Source of the DNA: Chromera velia
Taxonomy: Eukaryota
Direction of reading: 5' to 3'
Assembly: GCA_018398765.1 (NCBI GenBank)
Contig: JAHBMJ010000532.1
Span: forward strand, 62,001 to 126,000
DNA length: 64,000 nt
Positions 60,388 to 64,000 of this stretch are shown here, piece after piece. The position numbers and the translations under genes were made by a program. The notes beneath the pieces are model-generated. The model did no database searches. It was not told the origin of the DNA and saw only the letters and a program-made list of their open reading frames with translations. Within the stretch, counting starts at the first letter, position 1, and each line of letters begins with the position of its first letter.

Positions 60388-63300
60388 GTTTGTGCAGGAA
60401 AAACCCATTTGCGTTGAGTGATGCGACAAAAGTCTGCAGGACAATGGATGAGGTCAGTACGAATGGAGGGATGTATGGCAGCGTGCCACCGTCGACTTAT
60501 TTGCAAGTGCATTGCAAGAGTGGTGGGAGGGTTTTCTTTTCATTCTGCCGCTTCCTCTCCTTCGGGCTCGTGTTTTTATTCTTCCGCGACCGTGATTTAC
60601 CCCTTTGCCTCTTATCCGCGCACGGCAGCATTTCGACGTTGCCTCTGATTCTCTGAATTTTCTGCCACGAATAGCCAAAGCTATTCATTCTGTGTTTCAA
60701 GTGCCTCGATCCCTGCAGCTCTCTGCTCTCCGTCCTGTGCCAAAAGTCATCATCGCACCGATGGAATCTCTGGAGGCAGGAGTCGGACAGGTGAGGGGGG
60801 GGGAATGGGGGTCTGCAGAAAGTTGACTCAGTGTCTTTGGGGGGCAAACATTCGATACTGTGCATATTGTTGTGTGAATGTGTTCAGGTGTGCTTTCTCT
60901 TTCACATGCTGTGTGTAGGTGGACAATACTTCGACATAGATAGGTTCGGAGTCTCTTCTGCTTTATTTGGGGGAGGTGTGTGTGTGTGTGTGTGTGTGTG
61001 TGCAGACTTACCCTACAAAGCCCTCCAGAGTTTCTCTTTCTGTTTTGTTTTCACGGTCGTTGGACTTATCGGAATTTTGGTCAAGCAGCCGGCCTCCACT
61101 TCATTGTAGCCTTGCGAGACAAGAGAATTGCACAATGAGGGCAGTCGCATTGAGAAACAAATGCTTTGGTCGGCATGTCTGTTTGTGTCCGCGTGCAGGA
61201 GCTCTTTCTCAGCATGGCTTCGTATGCGGAGAACAGCGTCATCTTTCTCTCCGCCTCTCACACGATGACAAGAGGCTGCCCTCCGGTAAAGGGAGGAGAT
61301 GACGACCCGCCCCCTTGCACCTCTTCCACCCTTGCAGACCGTCTAATCAGCCTTGCTCTGTCGCCTTTTCGGGACATCTCACCAGGTTTGGTACGCAAAG
61401 CGAAGAAGAGAAACAGATACGGCGACGAATCTGGAGTGACCGTAGAAGATCTCGCGAAGGGCCTGCTGGACCCACACACGCAGAAGAAGAGCATCAAGAA
61501 GAAGCAGGAAAATGAGGACCTGGAAGGAAAACAAAGGGACCCGTTTCCACCTGCCCGGCTGCTCGTTCTTGAGACCCTTCAGAAGGTTCGTGTCGCAAAG
61601 CCAGAATTATTCCTTGTGTGGTGACATGCATATGCCATTGTGCGTGTGTAGATTTCGTCGTGTTGGGATCTGTTGGATTGTGCCGGGTGCTTTCTGAAGC
61701 TGCACGCGAGCGATTTTGGTTGTCACCGTAGAGCCTGGCGACATTGGGTTGGGGTGGCTGTTTGAAATCCTTTGCTCTTCCTTCTCCGTTCCTTTCCCGT
61801 CTTCGCGTTTTTCTTCTTTCCTTCCTTCATCCCGCTCTTCGGACTCGCCTCGGCAATCTCCGATGGAAAAGAACAGCACACGAAGAAAGGGAGGGGAGAA
61901 TTGAAGAGCACTTTTGCTTTTCGGGAGGGATCAGTTTGCTTCAAAACCCGCCATGGCGAGCGTCTGGCCCCCCTGCCGTTTCTGCTTTCCCTGTATCGCT
62001 CCACCTTCATCCCATTTCCTCTCCATCCTGCAGACACTGCTGACAGAGGCAGAGCTCGCCAACGCTCTCCGTCTGCTCTCCGCAGAGGAGGCAGCAGGAG
62101 AAGTAACGGGAGCCTCCCTTCCCTTCACCCTTGCAAGGGATCTTTCGGCGTTCACACAGTCTTCTTCTTCTTCTTCCTCCAGCGCCCAGGCCCCCACATC
62201 CTCCCAAGACAAAGCCGTGCAGGGGGGCAACGCTCGTCCACCACCCGGGGGCCCCGGCTTCCCTCCACACGGCGGCAGAGAAGGAGGACCCCATTCAGTC
62301 CTGCTGGGGCCCCTTGGGGCCCTGGGGATGCGGGGAGGCCCTGCAGGGCTTCCAGCTGCAAAATTGGAAGTGAAACCGTTTCACGGATCTCATGAGTGGA
62401 GAGACCGTAACTTCTCCAGCATGCGGACGGGCCCTATACAGGTCAGAGGAGGGAAGGAGGGAGGGACGCCACTCCACTCAACTCACCGTGCTTTCCTTGC
62501 CTTTCTTGATCTTCCCTGGGTGTGTGTCAGTCCTCCATTCATTGTCGGTTCCATTTTGCTCGGGTCCACTTTGAGAGAATAATCTTTTGGCTGCATACAC
62601 TGACTTCTGTGCCGAGACGGCAAATTTGGACTTTGGACATTGGGGGGAACGAGTCGCTCTCTTCCGTTTTGTCTCCTCTCTATCTTTGCTGTTTTTCCTG
62701 CTGCATTACGAAAATTTGTTGTGCGACACTGTTTTGAATTCTCATCTCTTCGTCGCTGCGTTTCCTCTCCGTCTTGCCCTTCAGAGAGACGAGTACGGAG
62801 CGGACCTCATGCTACAAGAGAGGTTCGCCTGGGAGGCCGCAGGAGACGGGGCACATGCAATGCCCCCCCCTCCACCCCCTCCCCCTTTTCCTCCCGGCAT
62901 GCCACCAAGAGGCCCTGCAGGGACCCTGGGTGGAGGTGGAGAGGATGGCAGAGGCCCTGTCCCGCCGTCTGCTGCTGCTCCTTCTTCTTCTAATGCGTTC
63001 GGACCATCGGGGCCGTCCTACTCTCAGCTGGAGGCGGTCCTCACGGCCAGAGCACAAGAGGAAAAAGAAAGACGCAGAAGAGAGAAGGAGCTGGAGCAAG
63101 AGAGAGAAAGAGAGAGAGAACGAGAGAGAGAAAGGGAGAAGGAAAATGCGAAAAATGCAGATTCCTCTCCCGCTGCTGCTGCTGCTGCCGCTGCTGCTGC
63201 TGCCGCCAACAGTGCAGACAGTGACGAAAAGATGCCAGACGCCCCTGCGAACACATCCGCACTCTCCCTGCCAGGAGTTCCAGAGACACCTGCTGGAAAG

Positions 63301-64000
63301 AAGGACGAGGCAGACGCCCGGTTTCCTTTCTACATAGATCTCAGAGCCGTCAATGCCGCCAATGCGTCAGAGCTCAGGTGAGTTATACTTCTGTGGCTGC
63401 CTAGTGGTGTGGGAGTAAATCTCTCTCCCTCTCTCCCTCTCTCCCTCTCGCTCTGTCTCTCTCGCACTGTCTCTATCCGTGTGTGAGAGAGAGAGAGAGA
63501 GAGAGACAGAGAGAGTGTGTGTCTGTGTGTCCCGTTCTATTTCTCCCTCATCTGCACGCAGAGAAGATCAGCAGAGGTAAACTTGATGTCTCACTCTCAC
63601 CAACGCAAGAAAAAGAATCTCTCAGTGTGTCCGGTCTCGTCTCCTTCCGACCTACAGATTTTTCCTTCTGTTCTTCCTTCCTTGTTGTTTTTGCTCCTTT
63701 GCACTCTACTGCCGTGAATGCCTTCTGTTCTTCCTTCCTTGTTGTTTTTGCTCCTTTGCACTCTACTGCCGTGAATGCCTTCTGTTCTTCCTTCCTTGTT
63801 GTTTTTGCTCCTTTGCACTCTACTGCCGTGAATGCCTTCTGTTCTTCCTTCCTTGTTGTTTTTGCTCCTTTGCACTCTACTGCCGTGAATGCCTTCTGTT
63901 CTTCCTTCCTTGTTGTTTTTGCTCCTTTGCACTCTACTGCCGTGAATGCCTTCTGTTCTTCCTTCCTTGTTGTTTTTGCTCCTTTGCACTCTACTGCCGT
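56486..64000 (+). CDS. CPSF2: Cleavage and polyadenylation specificity factor 100 kDa subunit (inactive MBL/beta-CASP), multi-exon, continues beyond the window
   Basis: Exon peptides match CPSF100 motifs: FLLQLNDLNILVNCG, AVLITHGSVDCLGGLP, GGAVGGCVWRL, ETLKERKGDVLIPADTTG, FASTLVDWMSDEI..F..RKNPF, PKVIIAPMESLEAG, RDEYG. There is no HxHxDH catalytic motif. Confidence 0.85.
63664..64000. repeat. 57-bp minisatellite, about 6 identical copies, runs off the window (probably intronic)
   Basis: CCTTCTGTTCTTCCTTCCTTGTTGTTTTTGCTCCTTTGCACTCTACTGCCGTGAATG repeated head-to-tail. Confidence 0.95.

Noticed and set aside
63597..63989. 130-aa repetitive ORF, or CRISPR
   Set aside because: Product of a 57-bp tandem repeat without spacers, antisense to CPSF100.
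56486..64000. CPSF73, INTS11 or INTS9 identity
   Set aside because: No HxHxDH motif, and WMSD, NPF and DEYG motifs fit CPSF100 better; INTS9 is not formally excluded.

Overview
Eukaryotic, intron-rich nuclear DNA. Bipartite plastid-targeting presequences, abundant TGCATGCA motifs and GTCAGT/GTGAGT donors suggest a chromerid alveolate such as Chromera velia (inference). About nine protein genes lie in GC-balanced blocks, mostly as head-to-head pairs: a coiled-coil protein, a RING-H2 protein, a hypothetical protein, CHMP7, a large glycosylated multi-pass membrane protein, an Ala-rich putative plastid membrane protein, plastid FabG, ANP32 and CPSF100 (which runs off the window). Sharply bounded AT-rich islands between them hold transposons: a non-autonomous hAT element, a non-autonomous LTR element with a nested insertion, several retroposon 3' tails and a ~8.8 kb decayed LINE. 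The most unusual object is the LINE: once one stop codon is read through, its ORF2 carries a CXC-type Cys cluster and a chromodomain-like segment in frame ahead of the APE endonuclease, RT and CCHC finger. Repeat copies differ almost only by transitions. Exon boundaries were read by eye, and no database searches were run.
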